A stretch of DNA of 64,000 nucleotides, from the NCBI GenBank assembly GCA_963838925.1, contig CAWISW010000002.1, positions 288,001 through 352,000 of the forward strand, given 5' to 3'. Below the pieces are notes generated by a model. That model did not search any database and was not told where the DNA came from. It was given only the letters and a program-made list of their open reading frames with translations. Below, in pieces: positions 36,601-44,250 of this stretch (position 1 is the stretch's first letter; the number at the start of each line of letters is the position of its first letter). Source of the stretch: an uncultured Nitrososphaerota archaeon. GTDB taxonomy: Archaea; Thermoproteota; Nitrososphaeria; Nitrososphaerales; Gagatemarchaeaceae. A program made the position numbers and the translations under genes.

Positions 36601-37775
36601 AGGTGACGCAGGGCCTGTACACCGCGATGGTCTATCCAGCGACCGCCCAGTACGGCTATTCCGTGCTGGAGCACCAGAGCTACGAGGCATTCGGGCTCAT
36701 ACAGCTCACGTTCGACGCCAAGATCAACATGTGGACCGCCAACGCCACCATGCCCTCGCCCTACGACTCGTCGCTCGTCTCCTCGACGAACGCCAACTCG
36801 GAGTACTACGGTGGCCCCTATGACGTGTACGTCTCTGGACTCTCATTCGACGGCGTCCCGACCACCTCGGTCCTCTCAGCCCAGCAGGGCTTCTTCGTCC
36901 AGCCCTACGTCTATACCGCCAACACCGTGATGAGCGGAGGCATCCAGCAGACCTCGCGCTTGGCGCTCTCGAACGTCACGATCAACGCCGGGTCCTCGCC
37001 GCTCACGCTCGCCAACGACTACTTCGTCGGGAACAACACCGTCACGGGCTCAGCCGTGACGATAACCGCATCCACCATCAGCGGCACGCTGAACGTCGCG
37101 AACGGTCAGACCACGCTCAACGGCGTCACGGGAGGCAACGTAGTTGCGGAGAACACCAACGTGGTCGTGCAGCACAGCGCCCTCTCGTCCCTACAGCTGG
37201 GCGCTGGTGCGACCGCCTCGATCGACCCCGCCTCTTCGTCCCAGAAGATCACCCCTGCACTGCCGGTCCTCACGATCTCCTCTCCCACCGCCAACACGAC
37301 CTACATCGGGACGCTAACCGCCCAAGTCGCCGTAAAGGGGAGCGGGGTCGCGGTCCTCTCGTTCTTCCTTGACGGGAAGCAGCTGCCTTCGCTCGCCGAG
37401 GGAGCTCCGCCGGGCGAGGTCGTGACCTACCCGATAGACACGGCCTCGATCGCCGACGGGACTCACACGCTTACGGTGGTCGCCGTCCAGTCCGACCTTC
37501 TGACCTCCACCGCCAGCGTCTCTTTCGCAACGGCCAACCAGCTGGCGGCCACCGACAGCAGCCTCGCCTCCGCGAACAGCACCATCAGCACCCTCAGCGG
37601 GAGCCTCGCAGCGGCGAACGGGAACATCGCCTCGCTCCAGAGCAACCTGACGACCGCGAACGACAACATCAGCCAGCTGACCGACCTGTTCTACGTTGCG
37701 ATTGCCGTGGCAGTGCTCGGGATCATCCTGGCCGCCTACTCCATGCGCGGCGGAAGCGCCCCCTGGAAGTACTGA
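33693..37775 (+). CDS. Membrane-anchored S53 (sedolisin/kumamolisin) peptidase
   Basis: Signal peptide, pro-domain, catalytic E-x3-D (EIDLD), oxyanion SSGD, GGTS nucleophile, TGWGAP; long beta-rich region, heptad stalk, C-terminal TM. Confidence 0.92.
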   Translation: MRFFARRTLFPVPAFAILLLLLLPSFLVIGENRASAATSPVGTSVPQVAVPSTPSPLSTYKSAGAADPGMSVLVSVVIPLRNLPLLSAYVKQTSDPSSPSFRQFLNSSEVSQTFLPTQSQYQSVVDYLTAGGFTLVSSSLNSMIVVRGTAAQVSQYLGQKVQLYTNGTYSYYQTTGTSTLSGAYSYGSNSSGLFMRPNFIKSGGSASGALPSQNVTFTEGGQPTKVLQTVYNSTGLLANGDNGKGYTVGLLDFYGYSLVKSDLALYDQTYGFPAPPSFTVSPIGPYNPNLGTPLGWDGEIDLDVQVSHAMAPGANIVLYAANGELPLSTAIAAIVQDGKANVVSQSFGIPEWEYYEIGPLSYLFNMVFADDYYMLGSAMGMSFLSSSGDAGGSGYSVGPEGGAEYPGASPYVTTLGGTATYVSTTTSGALSFNQTAWSNIGFVPYLVNEGGSGGGVSILEPTPWYQSSLPVPPSFPDGRMIPDLSLDSSGTPGTFVIYQGAPTPFGGTSEASPLFAGLLTLLMGAEKGSLGLVNPALYQLAEGAQTYQKAYTPITFGYTTPWVSKFGYNLATGWGAPNIGEIARLYGTVGSSGSALKVGVGIGNPGKYNFTDFAPGQKIDVVAGVTTSTGLLVTTGAFTASLQTLAGSTSPVTLSYNATQKAWSGTIVVGSEAGVANINVAGNAGTQSGQGFATTFVGYLSAFVQPVSPYPWTFAPGLEVAVSISDLFGNAPPFATAPIKFQSYSILTNTYKDVGFSNLNYSSISGYYIGNLQANFPSGPMTIVTTGSVAGILPFVSGISLLGSTVYPQVVAEPGSVAPGQSLTIVASLTAPENVYLTTSLSTGTTLGATIAEGSNVTATLVSPSGFKLETVSLPEQPCAQALRVCGATLTLINGYMTIPANATPGLYTVLLNAGYNDETTGYDYTGSYFGQIYVAAGASTPAVSVSPSTLFEGENATIKASITYPSGKEVTQGLYTAMVYPATAQYGYSVLEHQSYEAFGLIQLTFDAKINMWTANATMPSPYDSSLVSSTNANSEYYGGPYDVYVSGLSFDGVPTTSVLSAQQGFFVQPYVYTANTVMSGGIQQTSRLALSNVTINAGSSPLTLANDYFVGNNTVTGSAVTITASTISGTLNVANGQTTLNGVTGGNVVAENTNVVVQHSALSSLQLGAGATASIDPASSSQKITPALPVLTISSPTANTTYIGTLTAQVAVKGSGVAVLSFFLDGKQLPSLAEGAPPGEVVTYPIDTASIADGTHTLTVVAVQSDLLTSTASVSFATANQLAATDSSLASANSTISTLSGSLAAANGNIASLQSNLTTANDNISQLTDLFYVAIAVAVLGIILAAYSMRGGSAPWKY

Positions 37776-37810
37776 GAGCTAGAGCCCAAGGCGCGGCGTT
37801 CGCGCGCCCG

Positions 37811-38500
37811 TCAGCCCGTGACGGTGACCTGCCCCTTCATGAAGGCGTGGATGGTGCAGTAGTACTCCACCACGCCCGGTGCGCCGAAGGCGTAAGTCCA
37901 AGAGTCGAACCGGGTCATTATCGGGGAGGTGGCGTTCGCGCCTGAGAGGAAGGAGACGTCGTGGTTTCCGGGGTCGCAGCAGCCGATGGTCGTGTCAAGG
38001 TCGATCCAGGTCACCGAGGTCCCGGCCGAGACCGTAAGGTTCTGGGGATGGAACGCGAGGTCCTGCATAACGACGAGCGCTTGTACCACCTGGACGGTGA
38101 AGGTCTGGTTCCGGGCCGCCGCGCCCTGAGAGGACGTCTCGACCGTGACCTCGTACTTCCCGGGCGCCAAGCCGGGGTCGGCTTTCACGGTGACGGGGAT
38201 TGTCTGGGGGAGGCTAGCGAGACCGACCGAAGTCTTGTTGAGGACGAAAGACAGACCATCGGGCGCGAACGCCGTCACCGCAAGCGTCCCCGTCAGCGCC
38301 GCTCCGCCGCCGCTGGTGACCTCGACGGCGGAGTAGTTCTGGGTCTGGCCTGGCGCGATGAGGGGAGTCCCCGGGCTAATGGCGACGTCGACCGCAGGAG
38401 CGGCGACGCTAGTCGCTGAGCTGGTGGACCTTGAGGAGTTGGAGCTGGCTGGCGTCAGAGCGACGTAGGCTGCAATCCCTGCGACCGCGACCACCGCCAC
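37811..38500 (-). CDS. Membrane-anchored cupredoxin (plastocyanin/azurin family) with Ig-like spacer
   Basis: F.P.NLTV.AGTSVTW, His (NHDV), YYCTIHAFMKG (C-x2-H-x2-M); true start probably upstream, frame open to at least 38560. Confidence 0.88.
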   Translation of the reverse strand: MAVVAVAGIAAYVALTPASSNSSRSTSSATSVAAPAVDVAISPGTPLIAPGQTQNYSAVEVTSGGGAALTGTLAVTAFAPDGLSFVLNKTSVGLASLPQTIPVTVKADPGLAPGKYEVTVETSSQGAAARNQTFTVQVVQALVVMQDLAFHPQNLTVSAGTSVTWIDLDTTIGCCDPGNHDVSFLSGANATSPIMTRFDSWTYAFGAPGVVEYYCTIHAFMKGQVTVTG

Positions 38501-38556
38501 AAGGGCGACGACCGGCGCGACCCGCGCGATGCCGAGCCGGCCCTTGTCCTTCGAGG

Positions 38557-39450
38557 CTAACCCTCCTCTGTGGTCTCTTGGCTGGTCTGCGGCGAGTCGA
38601 GTCTCAGCGAGGAGATCATCTCGGATATCGCCTTGGTGGCGGCCTCGCGCTCCTTCGTGAGCTGCACCCTGTCCTTCCTGTCCTCTTGGAGCGAAATGAG
38701 GCGGTTCCGCGCGTCCTCGAGCCGCCGCTCCGCTTCGGGGTAGGCGGCCTCGCCCTTCCCCTCGTCCGTCGCGCCTAGCACCGACCTGGCCTTGCGCGAC
38801 CTCTCTATCTCCTCGCCCAGCTTGTTCAGCTTCGCCTCGAGCGACTCCACCGTCTTCTCGGACTGCTCTGTCGAGGGGCCTGACCTCACAAGGCGAGAGA
38901 AGAACTGGCGGGACTGCTTGGCCGCTCTCAGCTCCTCGAGCTTCTCCTTCTCCACCTTGAGGTCCTTCGCGCAGGCGTCGCGCTCTTCCCTTAGGGAGGC
39001 GAGCCTCTCCGCGGCCTTCCTCTCCAGCTCCTCGAGCGCAGCCCTCGCCGATGACTCCTCCTGCGTCGCCTTTGAAATCTCCTCGTCGGTGGCGGCGTCG
39101 GCGGGCGGCGAAGTCAACGACGCAACCGCGGCCTGTCTCTTGGCACGAAACTCCTCGGTGACATGGCCCTCGCCCACCTTCTCTTGGAAGTCGTCCAGCA
39201 ACGAGTCGAGGCTCCTCAGCCAGTCCTGAAGGCCGTACCCGCCTTCTGACGAGAGGACCTGGTGCCCAAGGCGGTCGAGCGCGATGATCGTCCTCGCCCT
39301 CACCTCCTCGGGATTGAGCTGCCCCTCCTCCTGGAAATGACCCCTGCGACGTATGTGGTAATCCTGCTTCTTTCGCTTCAGCTTCTTCTGCTTGCTCGAG
39401 AACCCCTTCGTCCCCGCCCGCGTCCTCCCGGTCTCGCTCCCGAAGCTCAA
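38557..39450 (-). CDS. Hypothetical coiled-coil protein
   Basis: 297 aa, E/K/R/L-rich heptads, basic N-terminus; TTTAAA box about 35 nt upstream. Confidence 0.7.
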   Translation of the reverse strand: MSFGSETGRTRAGTKGFSSKQKKLKRKKQDYHIRRRGHFQEEGQLNPEEVRARTIIALDRLGHQVLSSEGGYGLQDWLRSLDSLLDDFQEKVGEGHVTEEFRAKRQAAVASLTSPPADAATDEEISKATQEESSARAALEELERKAAERLASLREERDACAKDLKVEKEKLEELRAAKQSRQFFSRLVRSGPSTEQSEKTVESLEAKLNKLGEEIERSRKARSVLGATDEGKGEAAYPEAERRLEDARNRLISLQEDRKDRVQLTKEREAATKAISEMISSLRLDSPQTSQETTEEG

Positions 39451-39563
39451 GTCGACCTACGCCCTGCCACCACAGGCGGCTCGTTTAAAGTTGAATCGAG
39501 GAGGCCTCGCCAGGCGCCTCCGAGCAAAATAGAAATAGCCCTTCGGGAAACTCCCGCCCTGTG

Positions 39564-39737
39564 ATGATGGAGCAGAAGCTCTCCCCGGTCCTAAAGCCCC
39601 TCTTCAAGATCTTCAAGGTCTCGAACGTCGAGGACCTGCTGAAGAGGCTGCTGAAGGTCGTCTTCACCGTCGTCCTGCTGATACCGCTGATACTCCTGCC
39701 GCTCTACTTCTTCTTCTTCACACTGCTTCACGCCTAG
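39564..39737 (+). CDS. Small membrane protein (absent from ORF track)
   Basis: MMEQKLSPVLKPLFKIFKVSNVEDLLKRLLKVVFTVVLLIPLILLPLYFFFFTLLHA; GC3-rich codons; fills the intergenic gap. Confidence 0.6.
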   Translation: MMEQKLSPVLKPLFKIFKVSNVEDLLKRLLKVVFTVVLLIPLILLPLYFFFFTLLHA

Positions 39738-39745
39738 CTTGCTCG

Positions 39746-40207
39746 TCAGGCGAGCTTCGCGATCCTGTCCCTTATCGCCTCGGCGACCTTGGCCATCTCG
39801 GCGTCGCTCAGCTTCAGCCTGTTGAACTTGCCCTTGTCCTCGAGCTTGTTCGGGATCACGTGGACGTGGATGTGGGCGACCGCCTGGTTCGCTGCCTCCC
39901 CGTTGTTCTGCATTATCCTGAAGCCGTCCGCGTCCATCGCGGCGACCACGCCCATCGAGACCTTCGAGGCGACCATGAAGACCTCGGCTATCTCGCGCTC
40001 GTCCATGTCCCACAGGGTCTCCCCGTGCCGCTTGGGGCAGACCAGCGTATGACCGCTGGAGAACGGGTTGATGTCTAGGAAGGCCACGTGCTTGTCGTCC
40101 TCGTAGACCCGGTATGACGGGAGCTTCCCCGCCACTATCTTGCAGAAGACGCACTGCTCCTGAGGGACGCTTGCCGAGTTGTAGATGCGCTTCGGTGGGC
40201 TCTTCAA
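39746..40207 (-). CDS. HIT family nucleotide hydrolase
   Basis: CVFCKIV, AFLDINP...GHTLV.PK.H, NNG..A.Q.V.HIHVHVIP. Confidence 0.95.
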   Translation of the reverse strand: MKSPPKRIYNSASVPQEQCVFCKIVAGKLPSYRVYEDDKHVAFLDINPFSSGHTLVCPKRHGETLWDMDEREIAEVFMVASKVSMGVVAAMDADGFRIMQNNGEAANQAVAHIHVHVIPNKLEDKGKFNRLKLSDAEMAKVAEAIRDRIAKLA

Positions 40208-40289
40208 AGGCGGTTCTCATCGCCCGCGCTCATTTTTCTAAACCTTTCTCCGAGAGTGGGGGAACGGATATATCTGGAACAAGGCCGGG

Positions 40290-40508
40290 ATGAGATTCAA
40301 GATGGCCTCGTCGCCGCCTCCTCCGACGCCAACGACAGACCGAAAGAGCGTGAGGAGCATGCTCATTCTCTTCGCGGTCATCGCCATCGTGGGCGTCTTC
40401 ACTATGGCGTTCTCGGTAGTCCTCGGGATAGTTCTCCTTCTGGTGGCGGAGGCGTTCTTCGCCGTCGCGTACCGAAGGTTCTCTAGGTCGTCGAAGTCGG
40501 CGAAGTGA
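40290..40508 (+). CDS. Small 2-TM membrane protein
   Basis: Two hydrophobic helices and a basic C-terminus; TATAT element upstream; start may be ATG 40302. Confidence 0.55.
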   Translation: MRFKMASSPPPPTPTTDRKSVRSMLILFAVIAIVGVFTMAFSVVLGIVLLLVAEAFFAVAYRRFSRSSKSAK

Positions 40509-40530
40509 CGGTCCGCAGTCGGAGCCCTGT

Positions 40531-41004
40531 CTAGCCCTTTCCAGTCCATCTGTTGGCCGCAGGGTGGCCGTGCCCCACGGCGACAAACGTGCCTCGGAGC
40601 TTGGCGGTGACATCCCCGCCTGCGGTGAGTCTGGACTCCACGACCACCTTCCTCCCCGTCATCTCCGTCGTCCTCGCCTCGATGAAGACTTCGCCCATGG
40701 GGGTGGGCTTCAGGAACTCGACGAGGATCGACGAGGTGACGGTCGCGGGCGGCGTGCCTGTCCCTCCTCTCATCATCATCGAGTACGCGCCTGTCCAGTT
40801 GCTGTGGCAGTCGAGGACGGTAGAGATGACCCCGCCGTTGAGGAAACTGCCGAAGGCGTGGTGGAAAGGCCTCGGCGTCCATCGCGCGACGACCGACGCG
40901 CCCTCCACGAAGCTCCGCACCTTCAGGCCCTCATCGTTCGCCGGCCCGCACCCGTAGCAGACGCTTGAAGGCGCGAACCTCTCTTGCAAGCTCTCGGGCT
41001 CCAT
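40531..41004 (-). CDS. PaaI family hot-dog thioesterase
   Basis: CYGCGPAN..GL, LNGGVISTVLDCH, VT....V.FLKPTP, G.FVAV..GHPA..RW. Confidence 0.88.
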   Translation of the reverse strand: MEPESLQERFAPSSVCYGCGPANDEGLKVRSFVEGASVVARWTPRPFHHAFGSFLNGGVISTVLDCHSNWTGAYSMMMRGGTGTPPATVTSSILVEFLKPTPMGEVFIEARTTEMTGRKVVVESRLTAGGDVTAKLRGTFVAVGHGHPAANRWTGKG

Positions 41005-41112
41005 GGTCTCCGTCGCCCGTCCTCGCCCTCTTTATCCTATCTGCGATACGGCCCCCTTCCCGGACATGGCCGCTTAAATCGCGCTTGCCAATCTCGCCCG
41101 AGGGAGAACAGA

Positions 41113-41289
41113 TTGCGCGGCTTCTGCTTCAAGTGCAGGAGGGAGGTAGGCGGGCTCTTCAGGCCTGCCGCGTGGAGCTGCCCGACCTGCCGGCACCTCT
41201 ACTGCGAGAGTTGCGCGAAGGGCAGGGTCGGGATCCTGTTCAAGAAGCCTGTCTGCCCTGAGTGCAAGATCGAGCTCCGAGGCGGCTGA
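41113..41289 (+). CDS. Small eight-cysteine zinc-finger protein
   Basis: TTG 41113 after GGGAG and CTTAAAT; C-x2-C-x14-C-x2-C-x4-C-x2-C-x13-C-x2-C. Confidence 0.7.
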   Translation: MRGFCFKCRREVGGLFRPAAWSCPTCRHLYCESCAKGRVGILFKKPVCPECKIELRGG

Positions 41290-41308
41290 CCTGAGCGGCA
41301 GCTCGGGC

Positions 41309-41773
41309 CTAGGGATTGAGCTCGACCGACGCGAGCCAGGTGGTGGTCTGGGACAGCGTATCGGTGACCTTGACCGTGTAGGTGCAGACCCACCCCGCGT
41401 GCTGCCCGGCCGGAGAGAGCACGGCGGAGTACGACCCGCTTGACGCCGTGTAGTTGAACGGGATGTAGGTGTACGTGGTGGACTCGCCTGAGGTTGAGCC
41501 CGGCCCGAAGCAGAGTCGCGAGCCGGAGACCGCGGAGGGCTGCGTCGAGAACGCGACCGTGAAGTCCGCGGTGATGGCGCTCTCGTTCGCGCTGACCTTC
41601 GCGAGGTGGCCGCTATGCAGAGCGACCCCCTGGCTCGGCGTCCCCCAGTACACCGGGCCGATGACAGGGCTGGACTGCGCGCTCTGGCCGGGCGTGAAGC
41701 TCGAGAGCAGGAGGACCACCGCGATGAGCGCGGCGAACTGGGCTGCGACGATGGCGATCTCTCCTCGCTCCAA
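41309..41773 (-). CDS. Secreted/membrane-anchored hypothetical protein
   Basis: N-terminal hydrophobic helix; Ser/Thr-rich beta-type body with two Cys. Confidence 0.65.
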   Translation of the reverse strand: MERGEIAIVAAQFAALIAVVLLLSSFTPGQSAQSSPVIGPVYWGTPSQGVALHSGHLAKVSANESAITADFTVAFSTQPSAVSGSRLCFGPGSTSGESTTYTYIPFNYTASSGSYSAVLSPAGQHAGWVCTYTVKVTDTLSQTTTWLASVELNP

Positions 41774-41833
41774 TTGATCCGGGACCTGATTCTCCCTCCC
41801 CGGTGCAGCGAATATACGTTGCTGTGGACGCGC

Positions 41834-42928
41834 CTAAGCTGAGACCTGACGAAGCGCGGACATGAAGCGGTCGTTCACGGTCGCCGTGCTGATCGTGAGG
41901 CGGAGGCAGTCGCCTATCCCGCTGGGCTTGGAGTAGCTCCGGAGCACGAACCCTCTCCTCATCAGCGCGGCCTGAAGCCTCCCCGCGAGCACCGCGCCTC
42001 CTTCCACCCTGAAGAGGATGAAGTTCGTCTCGCTGGGGAAGGGAGTGACGGTGGGAATCCCCTTCAGGGCCTTGAAGACCCTCTCCCTCTCGCCGACTAT
42101 CCTCCTGACGTTTCGGCGCATCTCGGACAGGTTGCGGAGCGCCGCCTCCGCCAGCATTATCGAGATCACGCTCAGGCTGTTCGGGGGCCTTACCAAGTTC
42201 AGCTGCTCCACCGTCCCCCGCATGGCTACGAGATACCCGACCCTCACGCCAGCCATGGAGAACGCCTTCGAGAACGTCCTGCAGACCACGAGGTTGTCGT
42301 ACCTCGCTGTGAGCCCAAGGGCCGTCTTGCCCCAGAACTCGTAGTAAGCCTCGTCGACCGCCACGGCGGCCTTGGCCTCCCTGGCTATCCTCTCGACCTC
42401 CGGGAGCGGCATGGGGTTGCCCGTCGGGCTGTTGGGGTTGCAGAGGAAGATGAGCTTGGTCTTGGGAGTGACCGCGCCTAGCACCGCGTCCGCGCCAATC
42501 GAGAAGTCCTCGGGGTCCCTCCTGACGTACCTCATTCGCGCTCCCATGACCTGCGAGACGATCCTGAACATCGAATAGGTGGGGACTGGCACCAACACGT
42601 CGTCCCCGTTGTCCAGGAGGACCTTGCTGACGATGTCCAAGCCCTCGTCGGCCCCGTTGGTGACCACGAAGCGGTCTACGTCGACCCCGCAGTAGGCCGC
42701 CAATCCTTCCCTTATCCCCAAGTAGGTGGTGTCCGGGTACTGGTTGACCTCCAGCCTCAGCGCCTCCTTCGAGAGCTGCTTGAGCTCAGCGAGCGGTGGA
42801 AACGGCGAGGTGTTGGTGTCGAGCCTGACTACCTCCTCCTCCTTCAGCCCCACCTTGTGCGCTATCTCGTGCGTCGGGGTCTCCCAACCGTAGGCGTCGA
42901 AGCTGTCGAAGGCCCGCCTGATTCTCAA
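41834..42928 (-). CDS. hisC: Histidinol-phosphate aminotransferase
   Basis: NQYPD, TNGADE, PTYSM, CNPNSPTG, VDEAYYEF, RTFSKAFSMAGVRVGY, SETNFI. Confidence 0.88.
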   Translation of the reverse strand: MRIRRAFDSFDAYGWETPTHEIAHKVGLKEEEVVRLDTNTSPFPPLAELKQLSKEALRLEVNQYPDTTYLGIREGLAAYCGVDVDRFVVTNGADEGLDIVSKVLLDNGDDVLVPVPTYSMFRIVSQVMGARMRYVRRDPEDFSIGADAVLGAVTPKTKLIFLCNPNSPTGNPMPLPEVERIAREAKAAVAVDEAYYEFWGKTALGLTARYDNLVVCRTFSKAFSMAGVRVGYLVAMRGTVEQLNLVRPPNSLSVISIMLAEAALRNLSEMRRNVRRIVGERERVFKALKGIPTVTPFPSETNFILFRVEGGAVLAGRLQAALMRRGFVLRSYSKPSGIGDCLRLTISTATVNDRFMSALRQVSA

Positions 42929-42973
42929 GGACTAGCCCACCCGGGCCTTAGATGATTAAAGCTGTTCGATGCG

Positions 42974-43507
42974 TCAATACCTGTTGTAGAACCTTGCCAT
43001 CAGGTTGCGGTTCCACAGGCGCGCGGCGATGGCTCCAGCGATCCCCCCGCTGATGACCCCGAAGAGGAGGATGGTTACGTCGGTGACAGGGTCGTGCGGG
43101 ACCCCCACGAATGCGCTGGGGAAGGCCACCACGCTCACGTAGAACGCGGACAACCCGACAACGCCGGTGCTGACCATCATGCAGGCCATCAGCCTCAGGG
43201 TCTTCGCCTTCCCATCTTCCTGGGCACGGAACGAGGTCGCCAGGGCGTCGACGAGCACCCCAAACATCGTAGCGAAGACGAGGTCGACCGGAAAGAACCC
43301 GAGCTTCACCGTGGTTATGAGCGCACCGCTCACCACCCCGACGTAGGTCGCGCCTCCTCTCCCTACCACGAGGTAGCTCAGCGCGAGAAAGAGCGACTGG
43401 AATATGATGAGAAAGTCAGAGGTCGGCGCGGGGATGAAGCCGTTCACCACGAGTATCATCACCCCGAAGAGCGCCCCCAGAGCGATCCTCCTTGTGCTGA
43501 CAGCCAA
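42974..43507 (-). CDS. Integral membrane protein, ECF S-component-like
   Basis: 177 aa, 5-6 TMs, N-terminal STRRIALGALFG and GGAT.VG.V.G patterns; inference from size and pattern only. Confidence 0.55.
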   Translation of the reverse strand: MAVSTRRIALGALFGVMILVVNGFIPAPTSDFLIIFQSLFLALSYLVVGRGGATYVGVVSGALITTVKLGFFPVDLVFATMFGVLVDALATSFRAQEDGKAKTLRLMACMMVSTGVVGLSAFYVSVVAFPSAFVGVPHDPVTDVTILLFGVISGGIAGAIAARLWNRNLMARFYNRY

Positions 43508-43540
43508 ACGGCATCGCGTCTGGGATACCTGATTTAAGTG

Positions 43541-43556
43541 TAACGAACGCTCGTTA
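43541..43556. promoter_or_regulatory. Palindrome TAACGA-ACGC-TCGTTA, candidate TetR operator
   Basis: Adjacent to the TATA box (43531-43538, minus strand) of the divergent membrane gene; related CGTTA-A-TAACG (43623-43633) overlaps the tetR TATA box. Confidence 0.6.
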
Positions 43557-43661
43557 GACAGGGCGGTCAGCGCCGTCGCGAGGCTGCGGACGCCCCGCTT
43601 CCATCACGCCACTCTGCACAACCGTTAATAACGTTCCAGTCCTCGTAAGCAAGAGCGCATC

Positions 43662-44249
43662 ATGCAAGTGCAGAAGAGCAAGACCGGGCCCAGCGAGATA
43701 CTGGAGGTCGCCGCGCGGCTCTTCGCCGAGAGGGGCTACTCCAACGTCTCGATCCGCGACGTCTGCAAGGAGGCCAAGACGAGCGCCCCAATGATCTATT
43801 ACTACTTCAAGGACAAGAAGGGCCTCTTCAGGGCCGCCGTCAACGACAAGCTGAGCCTCCGACAGTTCATCTCGCGCCTCAGGGAGACTTCGTCGACAAA
43901 GGACATCCCGAGAGCGGTGGACTCGTTCGTGAAGATCTACCTCACGGCCTTCCCGGATGCCGCCTTCGACCCCGGCCTCTACCTAAGGGAGACGGCGAAG
44001 CTCGACAACAAGAGCGCCGAGGTGGTGAGCAGGCAGCTCGACGAGGTCCAGACGATCGCCACCTCGCTCGTCCAGAAGGGGATGAATACCGGGGACTTTA
44101 GGCAGGTCAAGGCGGAGGACGCAGCAGACTGCCTGATCGGGATGCTCAACCACGTCATCTTCCAGAAGATACACTTCTCAAAGTCGCTTGACATCGAGAA
44201 GAAGGGCGACATCATCGCCTCCTTCTTCCTGAACGCGATGAGGCCGTAG
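43662..44249 (+). CDS. TetR/AcrR family regulator
   Basis: ILEVAARLFAERGY..VSIRDV......S..MIYYYFKDK.GLF; G...GDFR. Confidence 0.93.
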   Translation: MQVQKSKTGPSEILEVAARLFAERGYSNVSIRDVCKEAKTSAPMIYYYFKDKKGLFRAAVNDKLSLRQFISRLRETSSTKDIPRAVDSFVKIYLTAFPDAAFDPGLYLRETAKLDNKSAEVVSRQLDEVQTIATSLVQKGMNTGDFRQVKAEDAADCLIGMLNHVIFQKIHFSKSLDIEKKGDIIASFFLNAMRP

Positions 44250-44250
44250 C

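Noticed and set aside
39561-39660. C/D box sRNA suggested by GTGATGA
   Set aside because: No CTGA D box at the usual 50-60 nt spacing; better explained as the start of a small membrane ORF.
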